NCBI RefSeq assembly: GCF_018350175.1
Contig: NC_058368.1
Location: 88,352,001 to 88,416,000, forward strand
From: Felis catus
Taxonomy: Eukaryota
DNA length: 64,000 nucleotides
Reading direction: 5' to 3'
Part shown: piece after piece, positions 26,280 through 39,019 of the stretch
Position numbering within the stretch: position 1 is the first letter of the stretch
Layout of the letters: every line of letters starts with the position of its first letter
Made by a program: the position numbers and the translations under genes
Notes under the pieces: model-generated
What the model was told of the DNA's origin: nothing
The model's database searches: none
The model's input: only the letters and a program-made list of their open reading frames with translations

Positions 26280-28972
26280 AAAAGCAAAGGAACAAAGATC
26301 AAATGGAAAAAATAGAAAATAATCAAGGTGGTAGACTTAAATATAGCCATATTAGTAATTATATTAAATGTAAATAGACCAAATCCTCTAATTTAAAGGC
26401 AGATTGTCAGCCTGGATTCAAAAACGAAAACAAGACACAGCTATATCTTGTTTACAAGAGACTGTGAAATATAAGGGCACAGACATGTCAAAAGCAAAGG
26501 TATTGGTAAAAAGATGCATCGTGCCAGTAGTAAACCTTAAGACAAGGATGTTACCAAGGATAAAGACAGACAATGCATAATAATCCATCAACAATCCACC
26601 AATCCAACAAAAAGACTGAATACTAAACAAGTATATCTGACAAAATTTCAAAATTCATTAAGCAAAAACTGATAAAACTAAAAGAAGAAATAGACAACCA
26701 CAGTTGTAGGTTTTAACAAATTTCTCTCCATAATATAGCAAGAAGACAAAAACAATTAGTAAGAATATAAACACTATTTAAACAACTCAACTTGATTGAT
26801 ATTTATGGAACCAACATCCATCTGCTGAATACACTCTTTAAAGTGTATTCAGAACATTAAAAAAATGTAACACATCTCAATAAATTTCAAGTATTGAAAT
26901 CATACAGAGCATATCCTCTGTCCTCAAACAAATGACATTTGAAATTAATGACAAAAGGCTAATAGAAAATCCTCAAATATCTGGAAATTAAATACAATTC
27001 TAAGTAAAGGGAATCAAAAAAAATCTGAAGTGAGTGAAACAAACCAATATGCAAAAAATGGCAGAGTGCAAGTGGAGCAGTCATGAGGAAAATTTATAGC
27101 TTTCAGTGGATGTTGGAAAACTTCTTAGAAGGATTTAAAATCAGCAATTTAAGCTTCTGTCTCAAAAAGTTATAAATTGAACCCAAAGTAAGTAGAATAA
27201 AGGAAAAGCAGAAATCAATGAAATCGAAAACAGAAAAAAAGAAAATATTAAAAAAGCCAAAAGTTGGTTCTTTGAAATAATTAAAAAAAAAAAAACCCTT
27301 ACAAAAAATGATCCAAAATAAAACAAAGAAAATGCATATCACCAACATCAGGAGTGATGGAGGCATCACCATAGAGCCTTTAGCCCTGGAAAGGCTCCTA
27401 GGGGATACCATACCCAATTTCACACCAATAAATTAGACTTTTATGAAACAGACAAAACACTCAAAAACCACAACCTTCCAAAACTGAAGCAAGAAGTAGT
27501 TCAAGAGTATGAATAGCCATAACGAAGTAGCAGAAAGAGAAATTGAGAAAAAAAGAATCTCACTTACAGATGTACCAAAAATAATAAAATACCTTAGGAA
27601 TAAATTTAACCAAGGAGGTGGAAGACTTATACTCTGAAAACTATTAAGACATTGATGAAAGAAATTAAAGATGACACAAAGAAATGGAAATATATACCAT
27701 GCTCACGGACTGGAAGAATTAATATTGTTAAAACATCCATACTACCCAAAGCAATTTACAAATTTAATACAATCTCTATCAAAACACCAAGAGCATTTTT
27801 CACAGAATTAGAACAAATAATACTAAAATTTGTATGGAACAACAAAAGACCTCAAATAGCCAAAGTGATCTAGAGAAATAAAACCCAAGCTGGAGTTACC
27901 ACAATCCCAGATTTCAGGATATACTACAAAGTGACAGTGATCACAACAGTATGGTATTGGCACTAAAACAGACACACAAATCAGAGGAACAGAATAGAGA
28001 GCCCAGAAATATACCCACACTTATAGGTCAATTAATCTATGATGAAGGACACAAGAATATGCAATGGGGAAAAGACAGTATCTTCAACAAATGGTGTTGG
28101 GAAAATTGGACAGCCTCATGCAAAAGAATAAAATAGGACCCTTTCTTACACTTTACACAAAAATAAGCTCAAAATGGATTAATGGATTAGATGTGAGACA
28201 TGAATGCATAAAACTCCTAAAAGAAAACACACACAGTAATCACCTAGACATCGGCTTTAGTAACATATTTGTGGATATGTCTCTTTAAGCAACGGAAACA
28301 AAAGTGAAAAACAAACTGTTTCATTTTTTATTTTCATAAAATAAAAAGCTTCTGCACACCAAAGGAAATCACTGATAATACAAACAGATAACCTGCTGAA
28401 TGGAAAAAAGATATTTGCAAATAATACATCTGATAAGCAGTTAATATCTAAAATACATAAAGAACTTATACAACTCATCACCAAAACAAACTAACAAACA
28501 ACCCAATTAAAAACTGGGCAGAGGATCTGATTAGGCACTTCTCCAAAGAAGACATCCAGATGGCTAACAGACACATAAGCATAAGAAGATGTTCAACATC
28601 ACTCATCATAAGGGAAATACAAATCAAAACTACAATACCACCTCACACCTGTCAGAATGGCTAAAATTAACAACTCAGGAAACAACAGATGTTGGTGAGG
28701 ATGCAGAGAAAGGGGAACCCTTTTGTACTGTTGGCTGGGAGTGCAAACTGGTGCAGCCACTCTAGAAAACAGTATGGAGGTGTGTCAAAAATTAAAAATA
28801 GAATTACCATATGACCCAATAATTTCACTACTGGGTATTTACCCAAAGCAAATGAAAACACAAGTGGTAAAGATATATGCACCCCTATGCTTACTGAGGC
28901 ATTATTTACAATGGCCAAACTATGAAAGTAACCCAAGGGTCTACCCATAGAGGAATGGATAACGAAAACGTG

Positions 28973-29022
<50 letters not shown>

Positions 29023-29490
29023 GAATATCACTCAGCCACAAAAAAGAATGAAATCTTGCCATTTGCAATAACACGGATGGACCTCGAGAGTATTATGCTA
29101 AATAAAATAAGACAGAGAAAGACAAACAATACATGATTTCACTTATATGCAGAATCTAAAAAACTCAACAAATAAACAGAAAAAGAAAAGGCAGAAACAG
29201 ACCCATAAATACATAGAACTGATGGTTGCCAGAGGGTAGGGGGGTTGGGTGAGGAGCAGAATGGGTGAAGGGGAGTGGGGGATAGAGGCTTCCAGTTAAG
29301 GAACGAATAAATCATAGGGGTAAATTAAGATACAGCACAAGGAGTATGATCAACGATACTATAATAGTGTTGGATGGTGACAGAGAGTAGCTACACTGGT
29401 AGTGAGCACAGCATCAAGTATCAACTTATCCGATATGCTATCCACTGAAAATTAATGTAACCTTGTGTACCAACTATACTTCAATTTAAA
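26280..29490 (+). mobile_element. Degraded LINE-1 ORF2 and 3' UTR (probably two fragments of different age), with (CA)n at 28975-29018
   Basis: [29 protein letters not shown] and [13 protein letters not shown] peptides; ends ctatacttcaatttaaaa. Confidence 0.85.
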
Positions 29491-29981
29491 AAGGGGGGGG
29501 GCGTGGACATCTACCCTTACCTGCTGCACTAGGGTCCTTCCCCAAGCATGGGATTACAGTACAGGAGGCCACATGAAGAGCCAGCGGTAACAACGGAAAC
29601 CTTACAGGTGCAGGGGGGTGCACCTCTAGGGGGGGTGGTAACAAGACCTCCCTAATTCTCCCAGTTAGGGCACTGTTAAGCCCTTAGTTTATCCCAATAT
29701 TCACATGGAAACACAAAAGACCCAGAATAGACAAAAACAATCCTGAAAAAGAAACAAGTTGGTGGACTCTTGCTGAGTGCAAACTTACTACACGGTCATG
29801 ACGATGATGGTGTGGTACTGGCAAAAGGTTACAGCGTGGATTAATGAGATGGAACTCAGAGTCCAGAAACAAACCTTTATCCTTATGGTCAACTGGTTTT
29901 TGACAAGGATGACAAGACAATTCAGTGGGGAAACATCCATCTTTCAACAAATATTGCTGAGATCACTGAATAGCGTCATAC

Positions 29982-30024
<43 letters not shown>

Positions 30025-30298
30025 AATAAAAAAGAAAAGAAAAGAAAAGAAAAGAAAAAAGAAATTTGATTCATTTCTCACATCATTCACAAAAATGAAC
30101 CCCAAGTGGTTCAGGGACCTAAACAGAAGAGCTAAAACTATGACTCTTGGAACAAAGCAAAAGAATAAACCTCTGTGACTCTGGATTAGGCAATGAACTG
30201 GATATGACACCAAAGGCAAGTGACAAAAACAAAAAAAAACCAAATAAAACAAACAAACAAAAAACAGGTACATTGGTCTTCATCAAACTTAAAATCCT

Positions 30299-31177
30299 TT
30301 GGCCTTGTGTCCAGCCAGGTCTGGACCCCATCTGTGCGCAAGGCACAAGCAATCAGGCCTGCGTATCATGGTGCCCTGAGGGTGAGGGGAGGGAGCAGCG
30401 GAGAAGGAGAATGAGGACCTGGGAGGGTCTTCTGTCTTCCGAGGTGTGCTCCCCTTGAGTTGGCTGGGCAGTATCTGAAGGAGCAAAACTGCAAAGCTCT
30501 GAAATGTTCATGTTTTGAATGTGAAAGACCAGTGTTGGCTTCGGAGGAAGAAAAGGCTATAGATGCTATTATGTTGAAACCAAAATAAAAACAGCTAATG
30601 ATTTTCTCTGGTCACTTAAACCAGAGAAGCCAAAATAGGAAAAAGACTTTTTGCTTATCTGTTGGGTTGGACTAGTTTTTCCCTCCATGAACACTGGAGA
30701 GAAAACGGACAAGTTCTGTTTTTGAAAATGTACAAAGTAAATGATTCTCTTGCTCTAAGTTATTTCAAGAAGAAAGAATGAATTGAACAGTTATGAGCTG
30801 GGAGCATAATAGTATGTTTTGAGAGTTGTTCTAAAGCACAAAAAGTGGGGCATCTGGCTGGCTCAGTAGGTAGAGCATGCAACTCTTGATCTTGGGGTTG
30901 TGAGTTCAAACCCCAGGTTGGGCACAGAGATTACTTACAAATAATTCTAAAGCACAAAAAGTAGAAATATTATTTTCAAACTTGACTCTTTAAGGAAACG
31001 ACACAATCTGTACATCCTCTATGAATAGTATGAAGACCACTGATGGGACTTAAAATTGATAACATGCAGTCTGGGGAGAAAATGTCTATTGGGAAAGTTT
31101 AGGATAAAACTTTCTTTTGCTCAGTCTGTCCTTTTAGTTCTAAAATAAATTGTGCTTGATTCATTGGAGAAAAAAAA
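30299..31177 (+). pseudogene. Processed retrocopy of an unidentified transcript
   Basis: Non-L1 insert with a GC-rich 5' end, AT-rich 3' part, AATAAA at 31144-31149, A tail at 31170-31177, and TSD ttaaaatcct at 30289-30298 and 31178-31187. Confidence 0.72.
30847..30944 (+). mobile_element. Short tRNA-Lys-derived Can-SINE inside the retrocopy
   Basis: ggctggctcagtaggtagagcatgcaactcttgatcttggggttgtgagttcaaacccc; 18-bp TSD ttctaaagcacaaaaagt at 30829-30846 and 30945-30962. Confidence 0.9.
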
Positions 31178-31782
31178 TTAAAATCCTCTGTGATTCAAAA
31201 ACCACCTTCAAGAAAGACAATCCACAGAAAGGGAGAAAATATTTTCAAATCATGTATCTGATAAAGGGATTTCTACTCAGAATATATAAAACTCCTACAA
31301 AGTCCATAATAAAAAGACAACCACATAAAAAATGGTCAAAGAATTTAAAAATAAAATAGACCTATGGGGAAAAAGCATATGAAAAGATGCTTATTATCAT
31401 TAGGAAAATGATTGTGTAATGAGACGCCACTTCACACCCACTATGATAGTTATAATAATAAAGCAGACAATAACAAGTGTTAGTGATGTTGTGGAGAAAC
31501 TGGAGCCCCCATAACATTATTGGTGGGGAGGTGAAACATGGCACAGCCACTTTGGAAAACAATTGGTCAAGTTCTCAAAATGTTAAAGAGAGACCCAGCA
31601 ATTTCCTACCCAAGGGAAATGAAAACAAATGTTCATGCAAACACTTGTACACAAGTGTGTATAGCAGCACTATTCATAATGGACACAAAACAGAAACAAC
31701 AAAATGTCCATCAAAATTGGTCAATGGACAAACAAGATGTGATAGATCATATAACAGAGTATTGGTCAGAAATACAAACTAA

Positions 31783-31943
31783 TGGGACGCCTGGCTGGCT
31801 TAGTCAGTAGACTCTTGATCTCAGGGTTGTAAGTCCTAGCCCATTTAAAGTAGGCATGGAGCCAGAAAGAAGGAAGGAAGGAAGGAAGGAAGGAAGGAAG
31901 GAAGGAAGGAAGGAAGGAAGGAAAAGGAAAGAGAAAAGAAGAA
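31783..31943 (+). mobile_element. Short Can-SINE with a (GGAA)n tail
   Basis: gggacgcctggctggcttagtcag head; (GGAA)n at ~31868-31922; diverged TSD cagaaata(c/t)aaa(c/g)taa. Confidence 0.8.
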
Positions 31944-32956
31944 CAGAAATATAAAGTAACAAAGTACTGATCTATCCTACAATGGAGATGAATCTCAAAA
32001 ACATGACACAGTGCAAGAAGCCAGACATATATTAACTCTCTAAAAAGACAAGTCTACACAGAAAGACTAGATCAGTGGTGACCTGGGCAGGGCAAGAACA
32101 GAGTGACTGCCAAAGGGCTTGAGGTGACTTTTGGGAGGGATAGAAATGTCCTAAAATTTGGACTTCAGTCTTGTCTGTACAACTCTGTAAGTTTACTAAA
32201 GATCATTGAATTGTTTACATACAGTGAGTAAATTTTATGGTATGTAATTTAAAAGCCTGTTCTAAAAAATCTACATATCAGAGACACATCAGAATAAAAC
32301 AATCAGAATATCTAGGATAGGGAGGAAAAAATAGTAGGCACAATCCTACCCAACTTAGCAATCATGTACACTAGGAACACAATGGGAAATGTCCTCAAAG
32401 TGCTGAGCTACACTTGGCTCAACTGTGAAGAGCCAAACTGTCATTCCAGAGTGCCATTTTCCAACCTCTGAACAGAGGCAATACCAGTTACTCACAGATG
32501 CCAATGAAAACACAACCAGACCAATTACCTCAGCAAGTAGCTTCTACCAAACTCCTGAAATCAAAACTGGGTTACCAACTTGTCTTCATTTCATTTAAAG
32601 AGAGACATGGAATACCAAAAAGTAGGAAGTGTATAACACAGAATTTTAACATTTTGTTTTCTAGAAGTTCTATGCTGCTTTTGACTGCAGAGAGGCTGAC
32701 ATAGAGGTTTCAGCCACGATAAGCCCAAGTGGCTTCCCAGCCAGAGGGAATTCAAAGAGACAAGACCCAATTCCTAAGAACATCTTTGTCGGTTCACTAG
32801 CTGAACAGAGACGCAATGAAAGAGAAACTTCAATGACCACATATAACAAGAGAGACACACTTTGCAAAAATAGTTGGGAAAAGATTCCAATTCCAGTCAT
32901 AACCCTCAACAAGCAAAGACCACTAATCCCCAAGGAGTAGAATTAGGTTTCCAGAG

Positions 32957-33521
32957 TGTATCAGTCAGTTCGGGCTACTGTAACAAATACCACAAACTGC
33001 ATGGCTTGAACAACACACATTTATTTCTCAGTTATGGAGGCTAGGAAGTTCAAGATTAGGGTGCCAACAGATTTGGTTTGGGGGAAGAGCTCTCTCCCTG
33101 GCTTGGAGACAGCTACCTTCTTGTTGTGTCCTCGTACAGCAGAGAGAGAGGAGAGAGAGGGAGAGGGAGAGGGGGAGAGACAGAGAGAGAGAGGAAGGGG
33201 GGGAGAGAAGAAGAAGAAGAAGAAGAAGAAGAAGAAGAAGAAGAAGAAGAAGAAGAAGAAGAAGAAGAGGAAGAGGAGGAGGAGGAGGAAGAGGAGGAGG
33301 AGGAGGAGGAGGAGGAAGAAAGAGAGAGACAGAGAGAGAGAGATTTAGCCTCTTCCTCTTATCCCATCATGGGGGCTCTACTCTCATGACCTCATCTAAA
33401 CCTAATCACCTCCCAAAGGCCCTGCCTCCTAACACTATCACACTGGGGTGGGGGCTGGGGGTGGTGGTGACCTCAGGGACTTCAGGTGAATTTCAGGGAC
33501 ACAAACATTTAGTCCATAACA
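32957..33521 (-). mobile_element. MaLR solo LTR, MLT1A-like, containing a (GAA)n/(GAG)n microsatellite at ~33207-33320
   Basis: Termini tgta... and ...gggacacaaacatttagtccataaca; internal catgacctcatctaaacctaatcacctcccaaaggccc. Confidence 0.82.
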
Positions 33522-34230
33522 GATTTACCACAACAGAATGTGCACTTCTCAAGAAAAAATGATAAAACATACAAAGAAAGAAGAAAGTATGGCTGATTCA
33601 TAAGGCCCATACTCATCTCTGAGGAAGTCCTAATGTTTTATCAAAGATGTTACACCAAAATCTTAAATATGTTCAATGAGCTAAAGGAAACTATGGACAA
33701 ATAACTGAAAGAAATAAGAAAAAAATGTCTGAACAAAACAAGAATATTAGTAAAAAGAAATTATGAGAAAGAAACAAATTCTAGAGCTGAAAAGTGCAAT
33801 CACTGAAATGAAAAACTTGCCGGAGGGATTCAACAGCAGATTTGACAGGGGAGAACAGAGAATGGGTGAATTTGAAAGTAATACCTTTGAAATTACCCAG
33901 TCTGAGGAGCAGAAAGGAAGGAAAATAAAGGAAGAAAAATGATCAGAGCCCAAAGGACACCATCAAACATATCCACAAACGTATTATGGGAATCCCAGAT
34001 GGACAAGAGAGAGAAAGGGACAGAAAATGAATTTGAGGAAACATTGGTTGAAAACTTCCCAAATCTGATGAAAGACATGAATGTACACATTCAAGAAGCT
34101 CAACAAACTCCAAGGGGAATAAACTTAAAAAGAGCCACATCAAGATACATTATAGTCAAACTGTTGAAACCCAAAGAGAAAAACAGAATTTGGAAATGAG
34201 GAGCCACGTTCAAAGGATTCACAGTAAGAG
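33522..34230 (+). mobile_element. Old LINE-1 ORF1 remnant
   Basis: ENFPNLMKDMNVHIQEAQQTPRGINLKRATSRYIIVKLLK is typical of L1 ORF1p. Confidence 0.85.
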
Positions 34231-37200
34231 ATGGTCCAACATAATCAGCCAGCCACCAAGTAGCAGGCTGAACACCCTGGAGACTAGAGGCATATTGGAG
34301 ACTTGGTGTTGGTGGCTGTGGTCAGGCTGGCCTTGGTGAGCTGAAGTCTGTGCTGCTGGACCCAATCATGGCTTCCATCCCTGTCACCATGGCCACTTTG
34401 TTCATGGGCTCAGTGGGCAACTTCAGGAGATGCTGGGGAAACAGACCGACAGGTATCTAGGGCACAGGTCATCCGATCCACTGGATTATTACAATCCTCC
34501 TCTGCTGAAGACACCCTTCAGTGGGCATTCAGGTGAGACACATCTTTGCCTTTTTTCCCAACCAGAGAAGTCTATCCAACACTTCTGCCCTGGATCTCCT
34601 GGTCATGAAGTTTCCAGTCCTGTTTCTTCCAGTCCTGAACATCAGCCAAACCACTGGCTGCAGCCAATCAGCATGCAACTGAGCATCTGGCCATTCCTCC
34701 TTCCAAGAACCCTGTTGAGCAGAGTGCCACACACTGGTCACCAATCTCAGGGGAGGACTCAAACACTTTTGCCCACAGAATCCTGGTATCGGAGTTACCA
34801 TGGAGCACAACACAGTCCAGCACTGGACAGAGCAATACCACACTCAGCTTTCCTAGTGCAGAGAAGAGCAGAACAGAACCAGCTCTGGTAGTGGCCGCTG
34901 GTCTCCTGGCAGCCGATGCAGGACAACAGGCTTATGCACATCCTTTGAATGCTGTAGTTCAAGGACTGCCCCCTCTCCGTGGACTCTGATATATGAACTC
35001 TGACAGCTGGCAGAGTGCTTCAGTAGAACAAATGAGTACCAGTTGAGCTTGTAACAGGGAAAGCTATTTCCCTACTAGGTGATAAGCCTGGCATAGGCTG
35101 TGTGCTCCAGCCCTCAGATCCATTCTAACAGGGCTGACAGTGGGTCAGAAGACTGCACAAGACTGCCTTCCCAACATGGTGAACCTCCAGGCGCATGGCT
35201 TGAAGTTCTGCCACTGGAAGGATCTCCCTTCACCTCTGTCCATTTCTGGGTGATGCCTGCACATGGTATAGAACCATCTGTAAGTGTAAACCAGGCCCTG
35301 CTGCTTTCGTTCTCAGTCAACTGATAGCAGGTATGGGTTGTGCCGTAGGTGCAGGCTGGGGGCAGAAGGCAGGGGTGTAGGAGCAGGCACCGTAGCACGG
35401 GAGCTAATTCCTCATACAGCCTAACCCGTGCTGTCAGGGCCTGCTTGCCCCTGATCTCCTGCATCACACCATCGTTGGATGCGGAGGCTGGGGGGAGGGT
35501 CACCATGCGTGCCCCATGTCATGGTTTGCTGGGTCAAATAACACCCATTTCATGAAGAACAGCTCAGATTGTGTGATAACATGGTGGTCCACGGTCCAGC
35601 GTTCAGTCTCTACAAAGGCCCAGTAGCAGGCCAAGAGCTGTTTCTCAAAAAGAAAGAAGTTATCTGCACAGGATGGCAGGGCTTTGCTCCAAAATCCTAA
35701 CAGCATGCACTGTGACTCCCTACAGAGGTCTCCCACAGGCTCTGGAGAGCACCCCTGTCTACCACGGACACTTTAAGTGCCACTGGATCTGCTCAATCAT
35801 GTGGCCCACATGGCAGCCTGGACTTGCTGCAGAGCTTTCTTGCTTTGGGTTCCACTCAAGACCAACAGTTTTTCATGTCACTTGGTAAAAGGGCCAGAGT
35901 AGCACCACAAATGAGGACGTTGCTTCCAAAATGCTCACCACCAGGCAGTGTCTTCTTTTTGGTTGTAGAAAGAGCCAGAAGCAAAAACCTGTCCTTCACG
36001 GTAGAAGACACTTTGGTGAGCCCCACACCACTGGATCCCTAGAAATTTCACTGAGGTGGAAAACCCCTGATTCTCTGGGAGATTTACTTTCCCACCCTCT
36101 GACATGCCTTCGCAGTGTGTCCTGAGTAGTTGCTAATTTTACGCCCTCGATGCAGTCGGCACAGTATCACCCAGGTAACAGACCAGGGTGCTACCCTGTG
36201 GAGGGAAACACAGTCCAGGTCCCTGTGATGGGAATGGGCATGGGGCTGGAGAGCTGGTGTTGCCATGAGGCGGGACAGCGTTGCAGTTTGCTGGGGAGCA
36301 AACTGCTCTGGTAGCCCCTCCTAACAGCATGGACAGAGAGTGTCTGCCAGAGTAAGCGCTGCGCCCCGGGTCTCACATGATGTGCTAACTTGCTCAAGTG
36401 TCTGGTACAGCGAGTGCCATAAGAGAACGACCTGGTCACGGTTGGGACAATCCACTGTTCTTCTCCAACTTTTCCCTGCACAGCCCAGTGAGTGCGCTGA
36501 GCGGAGATGGTGCAGGGCTCACTGCCTGTGCACCCTGCAGGTCCTTGATGGGGACACACACCTCTGCAATCTCTGCAAGAATGGTTCACTCTTCTAGGTA
36601 GCTCCAGTGGCTTCCCCAGAATAGCTCTCACTACCCAGGTCAGGGAACTGGTGTGGGGTTCTCTAGCTAGTGAGAGCATGTATTTCGATTATATGCTCCA
36701 GGCCTGGGAAAAATAGCCATGGGCTGGGTTCAGAGGCTTACTGTGTGACTGTGTGAGGCTGACCTGATCTGAGACTCCACGGATCCCCTGAGCCCAATAA
36801 GCCCCTCCTCTGACTGGTGGGCCACAGGGACGTTTTGGGTCTGCTAGCATCAGCACCAGATCCAGTGTCCCCTAGTCCCTAAAAGTCTGATGACTTCCTG
36901 CCTCCAGTGCTCAGTTGCCCTGGTTAGACACCACAGGGCCCTGGGGGGAAGGCTGGCACAAGAAATGATAGTCTCAACAGATAGTGGCATCCCAGGGTTT
37001 CTCCTCAAGGGGGCCATGTCCCCATCCTTCAAAGGGTTTCGGATCTGGAAACTGGTTCAAGTCTGGAAGATGATTCAGGGGCCATGACTGCTTTCTAATT
37101 CAAGTTAGAGGCTCGCTCACTTGATCCAGGGCCCTTCTGTGTACACAGCCCTGGTAAGGACCAAAGGCCCTGCCTGCCCATCTGTTACTTCCCTGGGGGC

Positions 37201-38273
37201 ACATGACTAACCAGCCAACACCACAGGTCTCTAGGACTCACACCACTCTTGATTGCTGCTTCTGCTCTGCTGTCCCTTGTGGTGACCATCCCACGTATCT
37301 TCAGTGACTGCAGGCCACCAACTGGCCCTGGAACCCTGGAGTCCATCACCCCCGCCATGGGGAGGGTCCCAGCCCAGCACCACGGAGTCCACCACCCCTG
37401 CCACAGGAAGGGTCCTGGCCCGACACTCTGGAGTCTATCACCCCTGCCACGGGGAGGGTCCCAGCTCAGGGGCAGCAGTGCCCACCATCCTTTCTGGCCT
37501 ACACAGAAGAGTGGCTACACAGCTCCTCAAGGATATGGGGCCTCCTCATAAATAGGGTTCTCATGGTCCTGGGCCAAGTGTGTCCCTCTGGGCCAGGCTG
37601 GGTGGGGAGCGGGTCTCACATGGTAAGTCCATACGACCGTTCCAAACCTCACCCAGCGTAGGTCACCTTCCATAATGCCTCATCCACCAGTGGACCGGTG
37701 GAGCCCTCTCCAACCCGGGGAGCAACAGTACTGAATCCAGTCCCTTGTTTTGTAGGCCCTCTGCTGTAAATGATGTCCTTTCCACCACTGTCCCCCACCC
37801 TTGATACCCATTCCCATGCATGTCCTGTGGACTTCCTTCTGTCTGTGGACACTGGAACCTTCACGCAACTCTTCCACAGGGTCACATCCTCCTCAGGGTC
37901 ACACTTTGTGCCTCACCTTTTGGGATCTGCTGTGACCCGAGCCTACAATTCATCTAGGAGCAAAGGAGGGTGGTAGGGTGGGTCTCTTCAGGAGATCTGC
38001 AAGGCAGTTACCTCAGGGGGGCCGTTACAGACTCTTCCGACAAAGCAGGATGACGGTGGAAGGGACGTGTCTGCCGACAAAGACTCACTCGAATGGAGGG
38101 GTTCAATGCCCCCAGTTTCATCAGGACTTTCCCATATGTCCACTTTCCACTTTTCAGGATCCAGTTTCTTCTTCATCAGTATCCTAGGCTTAACAGAAGA
38201 CAGCACACAAAGCTGGGGTTTCAATTTGTGCTGTGATTAATGTGCTCGCAGATGACACTCGGATCTGGTCTTT
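34231..38273 (-). mobile_element. ERV-L internal region (degraded gag-pol), 3' part
   Basis: Minus-strand peptides FEKQLLACYWAFVETER (RT connection), AWFTLTDGS...QKWT (RNase H) and LDPEKWKVDIW (gag-like); multiple frameshifts. Confidence 0.82.
37338..37470. repeat. 46-bp tandem repeat, about 3 copies, within ERV-L
   Basis: ggagtc(c/t)a(t/c)cacccc... units start at 37338, 37384 and 37430. Confidence 0.8.
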
Positions 38274-38707
38274 AGAAATCCCAGACCTGCTGGTTCAATA
38301 TTTGCAAGTCAATCAATGTGACACACATCAATACAAGAAAGGATAAGAACCATATGATCCTCTCAATAGATGCAGAAAAAGAATCTGACAGAATACAGCA
38401 TCCATTCTTGACAAAAACCCTCAACAAAGTAGGGATAGAGGGAACACACCTCAATCTCATAAAGACTATATACAAAAGACCACTGCTAATAAATATCATC
38501 CTCAATGGGGAAAACTGAGAGCTTTTCCCCTATGATCAGGAACAAGACAGGAATGTCCACTTTGACCATTAGTACTTAACATAGTGTTGGAAGTCTTAGC
38601 CTCAACAATAAGACAACAGAAAGAAATAAAGTGCATCCAAATCTGTAAGGATGAAGTCAAACTTTCGCTATTTGCAGATGACATGATATTCTATTGTAGA
38701 AAACCCA

Positions 38708-39019
38708 GGGGCGCCTGGGTGGTGCAGTCGGTTAAGCGTCGACTTCAGCCAGGTCACGATCTTGCGGTCCGTGAGTTCGAGCCCCGCGTCAGGCTCTGGG
38801 CTGATGGCTCGGAGCCTGGAGCCTGTTTCCGATTCTGTGTCTCCCTCTCTCTCTGCCCCTCCCCCGTTCATGCTCTGTCTCTCTCTGTCCCAAAAATAAA
38901 AATAAAAAACGTTGAAAAAAAAATTAAAAAAAAAAAATTGCTGGCCTCACTACCAGAGTTTCAGATTAAACAGATCTGGGGTGGGGCCTGAGAGTTTAAA
39001 AAAAAAAAAAAAAAAAAAA
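38708..39019 (+). mobile_element. Young SINEC_Fc with an extra 3' segment and second polyA
   Basis: TSD agaaaaccca at 38698-38707 and 39020-39029. Confidence 0.93.

Larger units (their letters stand above)
29690..32270 (+). mobile_element. Old LINE-1 (L1M-type) ORF2 3' part and 3' UTR, interrupted by a retrocopy and SINEs
   Basis: L1-like sequence is continuous across 30298/31188 (cttcatcaaacttaaaatcct|ctgtgattcaaaa); (TAAA)n at ~29982-30026. Confidence 0.75.

Noticed and set aside
30847..30944. tRNA-Lys-like sequence as a functional tRNA gene
   Set aside because: Has the Can-SINE 5' leader and tail plus an 18-bp TSD, so it is a tRNA-derived SINE.
33034..33389. Poly-Lys/Arg and poly-Glu ORFs
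   Set aside because: (GAA)n/(GAG)n microsatellite inside an MLT1 LTR.
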